A DNA stretch of 26,837 nucleotides from Methanobacteriota archaeon (GCA_034722635.1 JAYEOC010000108.1:1-26837); one strand, 5' to 3'. Positions 8,712-17,000 are shown, counted from the first letter of the stretch. A program made the numbers and translations. Notes: generated by a model not told the origin, from the letters alone.

Positions 8712-11568
8712 GTTGCGCGGTTCTTTTCGATCCCCGACCTGGAATGGTAAAGGAAAAGGTTGTGCCTTTCCCGTGTTCTGACTCCACCCAGATCCGTCCG
8801 CCGTGCTGCTCCACGATCTTCTTGCATACCGCAAGCCCGATGCCTGTACCCGAATACTCGCCCCTGCCATGCAGCCGCTGGAATATCACAAAGATGCGGT
8901 CGAAGAATTCCGGCTCGATCCCGATGCCGTTATCGGCAACCGAAAAGACCCATTCATCCGCTTTTTGCTCTGCCGAGATGTGAATATGCAGAGGCTCTTC
9001 GCTACGGAACTTAATGGCATTACTTACCAGGTTCTGAAACAACTGAACCAGTTGTGAAGCGTCTGCTATTACGGTCGGCAGTGCATCGTGGGTCACCACC
9101 GCGCCGCTCTCTTCGATCGCCACTTTCAAATTGGTAAGCACCTGCTCAAGGACAGCTTCGCAGTCTGTCGGCTCGAATGGTTTGCCGTGTGTACCCACAC
9201 GCGAAAATGCCAGCAAGTCATGGATCAGCGTTTGCATTCGATTCGCGCCATCCACAGCATAACCTATGAACTCGTCCGCGTCAGAATCGAGTTTGCCTTT
9301 GTAGCGCCTCTCAAGAAGCTGTACATAGCTTGACACCATACGCAAAGGCTCCTGCAGGTCATGAGACGCGACATAGGCAAACTGCTCCAGTTCGGCATTA
9401 GAATGTTTCAGATCTGTTACGCTCTGGCGCAGCGCCTCTTCGGCACGTTTGCGCTCTTCATCCAGTTCCAGGGCATGAATAGCAAAAGCAATATCTTCGG
9501 CTACTTCTTTGAACAAGCCTTGCTCTTCCTTATATACAGCGAGTTCTGCAGGGACTGCAACAGAAAGCAGACCATAACCCTTTCCCTCATGTTCCAACCG
9601 GATGGTCATTGCCTTTCTGCCTTCATACAATTCCACGAGAGGACAATCTGTGCAGGTGGAGACCGGATCATCAATTACTATAACCTCTGATTGTGTAAGC
9701 GCCTTCTGAGCGCATTCGGTCAACTCTCCCTGTTTCAGTCGAGTGACCATAAGCTCAAATGACTCCCCCAATCCTGCTTCGGCAGAGGTTACAAGTCTTC
9801 CTGAGTCATCCAATAGAGCTATCCAGGCGCTATGATAGCCGCGAGTCTCGATTAGATTATTACAAGCACCTTGAAGCAGCCTGCTGCGATCTTTTTCCTT
9901 TGTGATAAGTTGATTAACATTTCGTATGGCACGTAGCACAAGGTTGAGATGTGCCATCCTTTCCTCCAAATGCTTGCGTTCGCTGATGTCACGTGCAACC
10001 ACCAGCAGACGTTCACGCCCCCCAACGACTGCGCTCTTCATACTTAGTTCCTCCCAGAACAGATGTCCGGATTTGTGTTTAGCCATCCATTCAAAGACCT
10101 GCGGCCTCCCTGCTGCGGCCTTATTCATCCACTCGGTGGCTTCTTCCTGGGTGTACGGCACTTCGCCCATGCTTATGGTTTGCACATCGAGTCTGCTGAA
10201 TTCCTCGCGGGTATATCCGTACATCTCACACGCCGCGTTGTTGACGTTAAGGATTGCTCCGGTCTCTATGTCCTGGATAAATATCGCATCATTGATCGAA
10301 TCGAAAATCGTCCGAAACCGATCCTCACTCTCGCGCAGCGTATTCTCCGCTCGCTTACGCCTTGATATATTCACAATAAGGCCGATGATGATCAACGTTT
10401 GCAGGATTATAAATGCAATTATAGCCCAAATCAGCGCTTTGTTCTCTGCATAGAACGAGTGCGGTTTGTTGACAACGATACTGTCTTCGGGCAGGTCGGA
10501 AACCTTGACACCCCACCGCTGCAACTGCTCGTAATCAAACATATATTGGGTTTGTGGTTCTGTTAAAACAGGAATGTCCCGCACCTTTTCCCCCATCAGG
10601 ATGCGCTTTGCCATCTCTGCTGCGATCTGACCATGATAAAAACCGCCAAACAGTTTACCACCAACGATACCATAAGGCAAAACCTGGACAGAATAGCCAT
10701 ACATTGGCCGTGCACTTGCTTTTGATACGCGCGCGACAGCTTCTTCGAAGGAGTAATACCTTCCCGACTTATCGCGATTGTATGTCACAAAAAGCACTAT
10801 GGTATCATCGGATAATTTGCTTACCTCATCCTCTATCTGCTCCAGGGATAAACATTCATCTATACGGGTCATCCTGACATCTTCGTAATATTTGAAAAGC
10901 TCTTGTATCTGACCCCAGAGATATTCCCCCGTAGGTGTGTTGTCAACAACAAAGACTATTTGCTTAGTCCCCGGATGCAAATTTAAACCAAGGTCTATTG
11001 TTTCTTTTATCGATTGAAGCTCAATAATCCCTGTAAATTCGTCTGGATCTATAAGAGCAGGAGCTTCAAGATTATTTACTCCGCAGAACACTACTGGCGT
11101 ACCTGGAAATAGATCTTTATGATACTCACGGAGAAAATTGAATGCGTTATCATCGGAAGATATAATCAAATCAAATGTTTGGTTGCCGTATTTATACTTA
11201 TACAAGTCATATAATTTCTCTTTGTACTGACTATCATATTTTGTGGCTTTAGAATCCATATATTCTATCCTAAGCTCAATGTTGTTTTCTTCGGGTTTTA
11301 TGATTGATTCTATCCCTTTTACAATATTGTCCGTCTGAACAAAACCTTTGTTATACGAATTCAGCACGAGCACTCGTCTCGTCTGCTCCTCCTGTGCATT
11401 CGCTACCGGGATAAAGACGGAGAGGCTAATAATAAGTGCGATGCTAATAAAAGCAAAAAATATAACTGGATGGCTGTGTATATTCTCGCGTGTGCTTGCC
11501 ATATCGGCTTTGTGTGCTTCTGATTCATGCCACAGATAAAGTGCATCTTTATACTTATTGGGCGTCAT
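8692..11568 (-). CDS. Membrane sensor histidine kinase: extracytoplasmic ABC-substrate-binding-like domain, TM, PAS, GAF, HisKA (SHDLQEP class), HATPase
   Basis: Signal/TM segment ([15 protein letters not shown]), VLVLNSY...EYMD periplasmic-binding-protein-like domain, second TM ([16 protein letters not shown]), [46 protein letters not shown]. True start may be the ATG at 11502. Confidence 0.93.
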   Translation of the reverse strand: MTPNKYKDALYLWHESEAHKADMASTRENIHSHPVIFFAFISIALIISLSVFIPVANAQEEQTRRVLVLNSYNKGFVQTDNIVKGIESIIKPEENNIELRIEYMDSKATKYDSQYKEKLYDLYKYKYGNQTFDLIISSDDNAFNFLREYHKDLFPGTPVVFCGVNNLEAPALIDPDEFTGIIELQSIKETIDLGLNLHPGTKQIVFVVDNTPTGEYLWGQIQELFKYYEDVRMTRIDECLSLEQIEDEVSKLSDDTIVLFVTYNRDKSGRYYSFEEAVARVSKASARPMYGYSVQVLPYGIVGGKLFGGFYHGQIAAEMAKRILMGEKVRDIPVLTEPQTQYMFDYEQLQRWGVKVSDLPEDSIVVNKPHSFYAENKALIWAIIAFIILQTLIIIGLIVNISRRKRAENTLRESEDRFRTIFDSINDAIFIQDIETGAILNVNNAACEMYGYTREEFSRLDVQTISMGEVPYTQEEATEWMNKAAAGRPQVFEWMAKHKSGHLFWEELSMKSAVVGGRERLLVVARDISERKHLEERMAHLNLVLRAIRNVNQLITKEKDRSRLLQGACNNLIETRGYHSAWIALLDDSGRLVTSAEAGLGESFELMVTRLKQGELTECAQKALTQSEVIVIDDPVSTCTDCPLVELYEGRKAMTIRLEHEGKGYGLLSVAVPAELAVYKEEQGLFKEVAEDIAFAIHALELDEERKRAEEALRQSVTDLKHSNAELEQFAYVASHDLQEPLRMVSSYVQLLERRYKGKLDSDADEFIGYAVDGANRMQTLIHDLLAFSRVGTHGKPFEPTDCEAVLEQVLTNLKVAIEESGAVVTHDALPTVIADASQLVQLFQNLVSNAIKFRSEEPLHIHISAEQKADEWVFSVADNGIGIEPEFFDRIFVIFQRLHGRGEYSGTGIGLAVCKKIVEQHGGRIWVESEHGKGTTFSFTIPGRGSKRTAQHEHQKR

Positions 11569-11603
11569 GTGCTAAGCTATTTACACGAGAAGGTGGTCTT
11601 CAC

Positions 11604-11619
11604 ATAAAAGCTTTTCGGT
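11604..11619 (-). promoter_or_regulatory. Archaeal BRE/TATA promoter of the signalling cluster
   Basis: Minus strand reads ACCGAAAAGCTTTTAT, a purine-rich BRE followed by a TATA-like box, about 35 bp upstream of the first in-frame ATG. Confidence 0.6.
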
Positions 11620-11638
11620 CGCTCGTAGTACAGAACGA

Positions 11639-11676
11639 TGCGGATATGAATGTGCAGGGCTAAATTCATATCTGCA
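11639..11676. other. Inverted repeat / hairpin (terminator or operator candidate)
   Basis: TGCGGATATGAAT-N12-ATTCATATCTGCA: 13-bp arms with one mismatch, between the orphan gene's 3' end and the kinase promoter. Confidence 0.55.
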
Positions 11677-11719
11677 ATTACTCCTACATCACCCATAATA
11701 GACGCGCTATATTTTTATG

Positions 11720-12229
11720 CTAATATACATACCCCGCAAGTAAAGGATCGGGCATCATGTCTGTCGCCATAAACTCATCCTCGAAGACCGCTTCTGCCGG
11801 TTCTATCTCTTCTGCTACTACTTGTACGCCAGCCACGAGTTTACCGCGTATCTTCTTCTGCATTCTGTCCTGTATCCTGAGTCCCTCTGATTCGTGTACT
11901 AACTCGTCTATTGATAGTAGTATGTCCAGAACTAAGTGTTCCGCAGCGTGTACTCTTTCAGAAGACCCGGCCGGTACAGGACCCTTACCAGTTCTTTCTG
12001 CCGCTATCGCGAGATCCACCACGATATTGCCGTTTACCGCTTGCTGCGTTACCTCTTCTATCTTAATTCCCGCGGATTTCCGCACTAACTCGTCTATTGA
12101 TAGTAGTATGTCCAGCATAAATCGCTCCGAGTCAATAGTGCAGCCATAAGTACCGTCTCTAACAGGACCAATTATTCCCGATACATCCTCTATCGCTATG
12201 TTCATGTTTAGCACATTTTCATATTCCAT
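11720..12229 (-). CDS. Hypothetical protein with two ~62-aa internal repeats and an acidic tail
   Basis: 169-aa ORF with AT-rich upstream region. LDILLSIDELV occurs twice, 62 codons apart. No family recognised. Confidence 0.75.
   Translation of the reverse strand: MEYENVLNMNIAIEDVSGIIGPVRDGTYGCTIDSERFMLDILLSIDELVRKSAGIKIEEVTQQAVNGNIVVDLAIAAERTGKGPVPAGSSERVHAAEHLVLDILLSIDELVHESEGLRIQDRMQKKIRGKLVAGVQVVAEEIEPAEAVFEDEFMATDMMPDPLLAGYVY
11898..12115. repeat. Perfect 32-bp direct repeat (11898-11929 and 12084-12115)
   Basis: ACTAACTCGTCTATTGATAGTAGTATGTCCAG is present twice, with a period of 186 bp. Confidence 0.95.
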
Positions 12230-12363
12230 TTTTTTTGTCTCCTTTTTTGTTACCTTTTGGTAAAGCTATATAGTTGAAAAGGCACTAAAAAAGGTTCCGA
12301 ATGGCTATAGTTTTTTAGCGAATATGTGCAATTTTTTTTAGTGATATGTTATAAAAAAATGTG

Positions 12364-12462
12364 ATGATAAGGGAAAGCGTGTGTGGGAAGGTGGAGAGTT
12401 GTTGCGATGGCACAACACCATGCGGATTTCGGTGTGCTTGTGACATTTACTGCGCGTATTAA
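12364..12462 (+). CDS. Possible 32-aa Cys-rich microprotein (below the ORF-track cutoff)
   Basis: MIRESVCGKVESCCDGTTPCGFRCACDIYCAY*, with 7 Cys. Divergent from 11720..12229 across an AT-rich spacer. No clear SD. Confidence 0.3.
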   Translation: MIRESVCGKVESCCDGTTPCGFRCACDIYCAY

Positions 12463-12513
12463 ACGTCATTAGGGCACTCCCAGTAAATTCACCCAGTTTG
12501 ATAAATGCCGTGG

Positions 12514-12658
12514 ACACAGATTTCATAGATTTACACAGACGCTACTGTCCTGATGATTAAGTTTTTACGGGTTGAACAGGAAAGAAAATCGAAAATGATA
12601 GCCACAGAGACCACAGAGCAGCGGAAAGATACTCGGTGCTCTCGGTGTACTCGGTGGC
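12514..12658. repeat. Short-unit repeat / palindromic element cluster
   Basis: ACACAGATTTCATAGATTTACACAGAC (12514-12540), then GCCACAGAGACCACAGAG (12601-12618) facing CTCGGTGCTCTCGGTGTACTCGGTGGC (12632-12658) as an imperfect inverted repeat built of 9-bp units. Confidence 0.7.
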
Positions 12659-12759
12659 AAAAAATATACTTCATATACCATAAAAAATATGCTTTCATGT
12701 AGTTTTCTTGTAGTTGAAGAGCGGCTACAACACACAAATTCGGGTTGCCCTAATCCAGT

Positions 12760-13052
12760 TCATACAATAGCAGAAGCCACGGCATTGCCAAATTCTTCGG
12801 CTGCGTCCGGACCACTACCCGTAATGATTTAACCGTCTCGTTCCACAGCAGCACCCGTAAATATAGCACCTTTCTTCTTATCCACCTCTACTGTCGCATC
12901 AAACATACCTGTCGCTCGCAAAACACTCTTCGAGGCGATTGTTACCTCTGCCCCCGAACGGCTAAAATCGCCTGCGGTTCCTGCAGCTCCTCGTCCCGGA
13001 AATTAGTGGGCGCCACAACCATCAAAATCCTCTTTCCTTTCAGGTCCACCAT
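12760..13052 (-). pseudogene. DJ-1/PfpI-family pseudogene with a frameshift, an in-frame stop and an internal deletion
   Basis: GAGGT SD plus ATG at 13052. Reads MVDLKGKRILMVVAPTNFRDEELQEPQAIL, then a frameshift at the G5 run (12951-12955), then AEVTIASKSVLRATGMFDATVEVD|KKKGAIFTGAAVERDG*IITGSGPDAAEEFGNAVASAIV*. The central GGxG and nucleophile-Cys region is absent. Confidence 0.85.
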
Positions 13053-13488
13053 TCTTTTCGTACCTCAAATATGTCCAGTAATAATAGCTGGCGCCTTATT
13101 CATTTTATTGGGTTCGATAGCCATTGTTTATTCTTGCTATGAGCTAATATACTACTTGATGCAGGGCGGCGAAAGAACTGCAATTGCTGTATTTGTTCAA
13201 TGTGCCGAATACTATTTAATCACACTCACTTTTGTCCTCGTGGGACAGACGGTCATGAACCTTGCTTGCTCTACGGAGTTAAAAACGGAAGACCTGGGGA
13301 AATTGAAGGCGAGTTTACTGGCGATGATCATATCAATCTCAGGTGTCGCCTTCATAGAGTTGATTCTCGGATGCGACACAGCAGCAGAATTAGGTATAGA
13401 TATACTCTATGTGGGCGTGGGAATTGCAAGTGTTATAGTTGCACTGGGTATTTTTATCCACCTGGGTATGCACAAGAAGGAAGAATAG
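13006..13488 (+). CDS. YqhA/UPF0114-like membrane protein, probably 5'-truncated
   Basis: Several TM helices. EDLGKLKASLLAMII...FIE and DILYVGVGIASVIVALG resemble the YqhA family. The GTG at 13006 lies inside the opposite-strand PfpI remnant, so the real start is unclear; family-like sequence begins near 13075. Confidence 0.6.
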   Translation: MGATTIKILFPFRSTILFVPQICPVIIAGALFILLGSIAIVYSCYELIYYLMQGGERTAIAVFVQCAEYYLITLTFVLVGQTVMNLACSTELKTEDLGKLKASLLAMIISISGVAFIELILGCDTAAELGIDILYVGVGIASVIVALGIFIHLGMHKKEE

Positions 13489-13577
13489 TAAAGCAAAAAA
13501 AAACATCCGGCAACTGTTATTTTTAGCCGTTTTTGGCATCAAATGGCTGTTCCATTTCCAAACTATCTTCAGAATGA

Positions 13578-14027
13578 GGTCGTGTCCCAATTTTGCAGAA
13601 AAGTATATATACCCTGCATTACAAAATGTCCAGATTACGGAAAGAAAGGGAAGGGGAATATAAGGCTAAAGGAACACTATGGCAGAGGGTTGTATTTGGA
13701 AACGAGGAAGAAGTGCTCAGCGCACTAAAATTGGCAGGAAACACCATTAACACGTCTTACATAGAACGGAACAATCCCACCGTCAGGAATGGTGTGAGTA
13801 GACTGATCAGGAAGACAATCGATTTCTCTAAGCGTGTAGACCCGCTGATAATGCGTTTGTGCCTGTTCTTTGCATGGTTCAACCTCGTTAAACCCCACAG
13901 TGCACTAAAAACCGAAATTGCGGATGGTTGACGGCGTTGGAAACAAAGAACTCCTGCAATGGCTGCTAACCTCTCGGGTCACGTCTGGACATTAGAAGAG
14001 TTGTTCCGGTTTAAACCACATCCGTAG
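13578..14027 (+). mobile_element. IS1-family element remnant (internally deleted, inactive transposase)
   Basis: IS1-like left end GGTCGTGTCCCAA (13578). The N-terminal Zn-ribbon fragment CITKCPDYGKKGKGNIRLKEHYG is joined out of frame near 13682 to the C-terminus QRVVFG...INTSYIERNN..R...FSK...FNLVKPH. An in-frame TGA at 13929 is followed by RTPAMAANLSGHVWTLEEL, ending at the TAG at 14027. Confidence 0.85.
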
Positions 14028-14128
14028 CAGGCGAATACCGGGATTATGCAGTGGTGCGATAGGTCTGTTTAGCGTAAGCTCTCTTATTTTTCAAGCCATT
14101 TGCCCGTGCATACATGTGCATTTTATAT

Positions 14129-14256
14129 TAGACTTGTTGCGATATAAAATCATATAAAATACAGCATTCTAAGGCGTCCATTGCACCGTGCGTATTGCCT
14201 CCTTTTTACGGATAGCCCTTCTCCTGGCTTTTCTACATCATTTCGCAATAAGTCTA
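14129..14256. mobile_element. Candidate MITE (~124 bp) with terminal inverted repeats and a possible TA target duplication
   Basis: TAGACTTGTTGCGATAT (14129-14145) versus the reverse complement of ATTTCGCAATAAGTCTA (14240-14256): 15/17 match. The interior is non-coding. Confidence 0.6.
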
Positions 14257-14264
14257 TTGATTAA

Positions 14265-16115
14265 TTATGATTCACCCACAGTCTCCCAAAAAGCCATTAT
14301 TTCCGCTTCACTTGCGTTAATATCCAAACCCGCCTCAAATACTTCATTAAAAACCTTCACCGCAGTTCGCTCATTACCATGCACGAATCCACGTACGACA
14401 AACGATTCTTCACCGATCAAAAGCTCTTTCGGATCTTCAACCTTAGCTCTTAGCTCATCAACCGCGCCCGTTTCAAATACGCTCTTCAAAAGTGTATAAT
14501 ACCGCACGGCAGCGATGCCGTACTCGGAGTCACACAACAGAGCAATATCATTCACACCCGCAAATGTGTCCGGTAAATTTACTTTATCCGGTTCGAGTTT
14601 TTGTCCATGTGTCTCTTCATGTATCTCAGCAAACGTTTTCCCGTCCTCTTCGCTTACATATTCGAATAACATCCATTCATAGAACTTGTTAAACGCCTTT
14701 TCACATTTCGCCTTTGACTTGAATGTAGGGACCGCAACCTCAAAATAGGTGATGAACGCATCGTGTGTCGCTTTTAACTTTTCCTTCGCATCTTTCAACA
14801 TTTTTCCGGCTTTTGCCTCTTCAATAAGGTGTTTTAACGTCTCGCTGTAATCATCGGTATGCAGCATCAGAGTGCCAGCCGTAAAGTATAAGTCGCCCCA
14901 GGGGTAGATATACCGGGAGAACGTCTGCCCCACTGCCACCGATGAATATGCTTCTACCAGCTCGTATTCCTTATCTGTTGCCATATCTTTAACCTTGAGT
15001 TTGAATGTGGCATTGTCCACAGCAACAATCTCAAAAAAACTTTCTACCGGACTGCCAAGCCCTTTCAACCGGTCTCTTGTCGTGTCGCTGAGTCCTTTCT
15101 CCTCGGCATACACAATCCCCGGTACTTTTCCATTCGGCAGTTCCCGCTGGAACAAGAACCAGTTCATAAACTCGTAACTGTCCTCGTATTTGATCTCCGT
15201 CTGGTTCTTCTCTTTCAGGTATTCCGCCCGCGCTTTCGTTATCTCTGTGTCCAGGTTCTTCTCGGCATATACATTTATGTCTCCTAGCAACCGCATGGCT
15301 TCTTGATAAACCCTCACTGCCCTCGCATCTTCACCCGTCAGGTCCTTCATCCGCTCCATTCTGCTTATATTGCGCTTCATTTCTTCCAGAAAAACATCAG
15401 CCACGTCTTCTCCTGCACGCTCGCATATCTTCATAGCAGTTTGTAACGCCACAAACGCATCTTCATATCTACCCTGCAACTCTAAGAAGTAGCCGTAGTT
15501 CGCCCACACTAGTTTATCATTGGTCGTGTCGAGCATCCGCCGGAATTCCACTTCGGCTTCAAAAAACATACTTTCACGTTCATAAAAGTCCACGAGTAAA
15601 GAATGAGCTGTAAGCTCTGCCGGGTTATCTTCAAGAATGGCTTTTAGAAGTCTCTCACCTGCGTCCTTGTTTTTTTCTATTAATCTCTCTTTCAGCCACT
15701 TGTGTACTCCTGAGTCATCCAGAAACTTTAATATTACATCGGGGAAACCATCGGCATTCTTTGGTTCGTCCGCCACCAATACGGTGCATACATCTTCAAA
15801 ATCTGCCAGCAACCAGACATCAAAGCTGTGAACGATTTTTAGTTCTTCTTCTTCGTCCACGCCCGCTTTGGTTATTGCCAACTCATGTGCTTTCAACCCA
15901 TTATCTTCGTTCCGCATAATCATTTTGTTCTTATTCATATACCGATTAAAAATCCGTTGCACGTTATCCCGATCTCTTCTACTGAGACGTCCGGCGGTTT
16001 CCTCGGATGCCGCTCGTTGTAGATCAATGAAAAAGCCCCAGGCTTTCACTGCACTCTCATCTGTCTCATCCAGTTCAAAAAAATTAGTTATCAACTCACT
16101 TTTATCCATTGCCAT
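14265..16115 (-). CDS. TPR-containing hypothetical protein (about 616 aa)
   Basis: Long acidic ORF with TPR-like helices (AHSLLVDFYERESMFFEAEVEFRRML; VWANYGYFLELQGRYEDA). Likely ATG at 16115 or 16109, directly after nadX; the ORF track starts at TTG 16127. Confidence 0.85.
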   Translation of the reverse strand: MAMDKSELITNFFELDETDESAVKAWGFFIDLQRAASEETAGRLSRRDRDNVQRIFNRYMNKNKMIMRNEDNGLKAHELAITKAGVDEEEELKIVHSFDVWLLADFEDVCTVLVADEPKNADGFPDVILKFLDDSGVHKWLKERLIEKNKDAGERLLKAILEDNPAELTAHSLLVDFYERESMFFEAEVEFRRMLDTTNDKLVWANYGYFLELQGRYEDAFVALQTAMKICERAGEDVADVFLEEMKRNISRMERMKDLTGEDARAVRVYQEAMRLLGDINVYAEKNLDTEITKARAEYLKEKNQTEIKYEDSYEFMNWFLFQRELPNGKVPGIVYAEEKGLSDTTRDRLKGLGSPVESFFEIVAVDNATFKLKVKDMATDKEYELVEAYSSVAVGQTFSRYIYPWGDLYFTAGTLMLHTDDYSETLKHLIEEAKAGKMLKDAKEKLKATHDAFITYFEVAVPTFKSKAKCEKAFNKFYEWMLFEYVSEEDGKTFAEIHEETHGQKLEPDKVNLPDTFAGVNDIALLCDSEYGIAAVRYYTLLKSVFETGAVDELRAKVEDPKELLIGEESFVVRGFVHGNERTAVKVFNEVFEAGLDINASEAEIMAFWETVGES

Positions 16116-16127
16116 ATTTACACCCAA

Positions 16128-16964
16128 CTATGTCCCAACCCTTATTGGATATGAGATCCTCTTCAGCGTTGCGATCGCGGAAAGAGCGGCTAAATAGCTC
16201 GTCTTCGGATTCGTAGCAGACGGGACGTTTTCCACCCGCACGAACAGTTTCCCGAATTCGCCCTGCACTTTTACTTCATGCACGTTCTTCCTTGCCGTTG
16301 GATCCGCAACTATCTTCACTCTCGTTGCTTTTGATCCTATACCAGCAAGGCTTAAAGCAGCAGCTACATTCACGTTCTCGGGGAAATATTTCACCGCTTC
16401 CTTCGCGTTACCCACGAACAACGTTTCCGCTCGCTCTAAAGAAGACAAATCTAGTCCTTTTGCTTTTACGTACTCATTTCCTTCAAAACCACGTGGCGGT
16501 TTTATTGTCGTCAACTCTATCGAGTCTATCCCCGCCATAGCCCCTGATTTTATGCCGTCCAGTCCCGCTACCGCACCGGAGGGGATATAGACCTTACAGC
16601 TTTTCTCCTTCGCGATGCGTTCTATCTCCTCATAAAGGCCTTCAATACAGAGCAATGCACCAACGCTCAGTATCATTACATCCTTACCCGACCTCAATGC
16701 GGGTATCACAAACTCACGAACCGCATCTTGCGATGCACACTCTATTACCAGATCCACATCCTTTAAAATCGCTGCCAGCCCGTGGCTATCAGATTTGGTT
16801 ATCGCAGGCTTCTTCTTCAGGCTTGCATACAGGCGTTCTATATTCTCGGGATGGTTATCAATCAAAAAAATCAGTTCCATCGCCATGTCATCCCCATCTA
16901 CCGCCTTGCATATCTCGCTGCCGATAGCACCGCAGCCAATTACACCCACTCTTATTTTTTCCAT
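16128..16964 (-). CDS. nadX: L-aspartate dehydrogenase (NAD biosynthesis)
   Basis: GCGAIG Rossmann motif, ECASQDAV, LSVGAL, PSGAVAGLD, FPENVNVAAAL, NVHEV and NPKTSYLAA motifs. Divergent from nadC. Confidence 0.93.
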   Translation of the reverse strand: MEKIRVGVIGCGAIGSEICKAVDGDDMAMELIFLIDNHPENIERLYASLKKKPAITKSDSHGLAAILKDVDLVIECASQDAVREFVIPALRSGKDVMILSVGALLCIEGLYEEIERIAKEKSCKVYIPSGAVAGLDGIKSGAMAGIDSIELTTIKPPRGFEGNEYVKAKGLDLSSLERAETLFVGNAKEAVKYFPENVNVAAALSLAGIGSKATRVKIVADPTARKNVHEVKVQGEFGKLFVRVENVPSATNPKTSYLAALSAIATLKRISYPIRVGT

Positions 16965-17000
16965 CTATTACAAAAAGGTAGATTGTGGTAAGTAAAGTTA

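Noticed and set aside
11898-12115. CRISPR mini-array (32-bp repeats)
   Set aside because: Only two copies, 154 bp apart, in frame within a coding repeat, with no cas genes or leader.
12338-12526. Minus-strand 62-aa ORF as a GxxExxY C-terminal remnant
   Set aside because: The resemblance (LMTFN...IRMVL) is too weak and there is no GxxExxY motif.
13929-13931. In-frame TGA in the IS1 transposase (and TAA in PfpI) as recoding
   Set aside because: Both genes carry other inactivating lesions and the positions are not catalytic Cys sites, so plain nonsense mutations are simpler.
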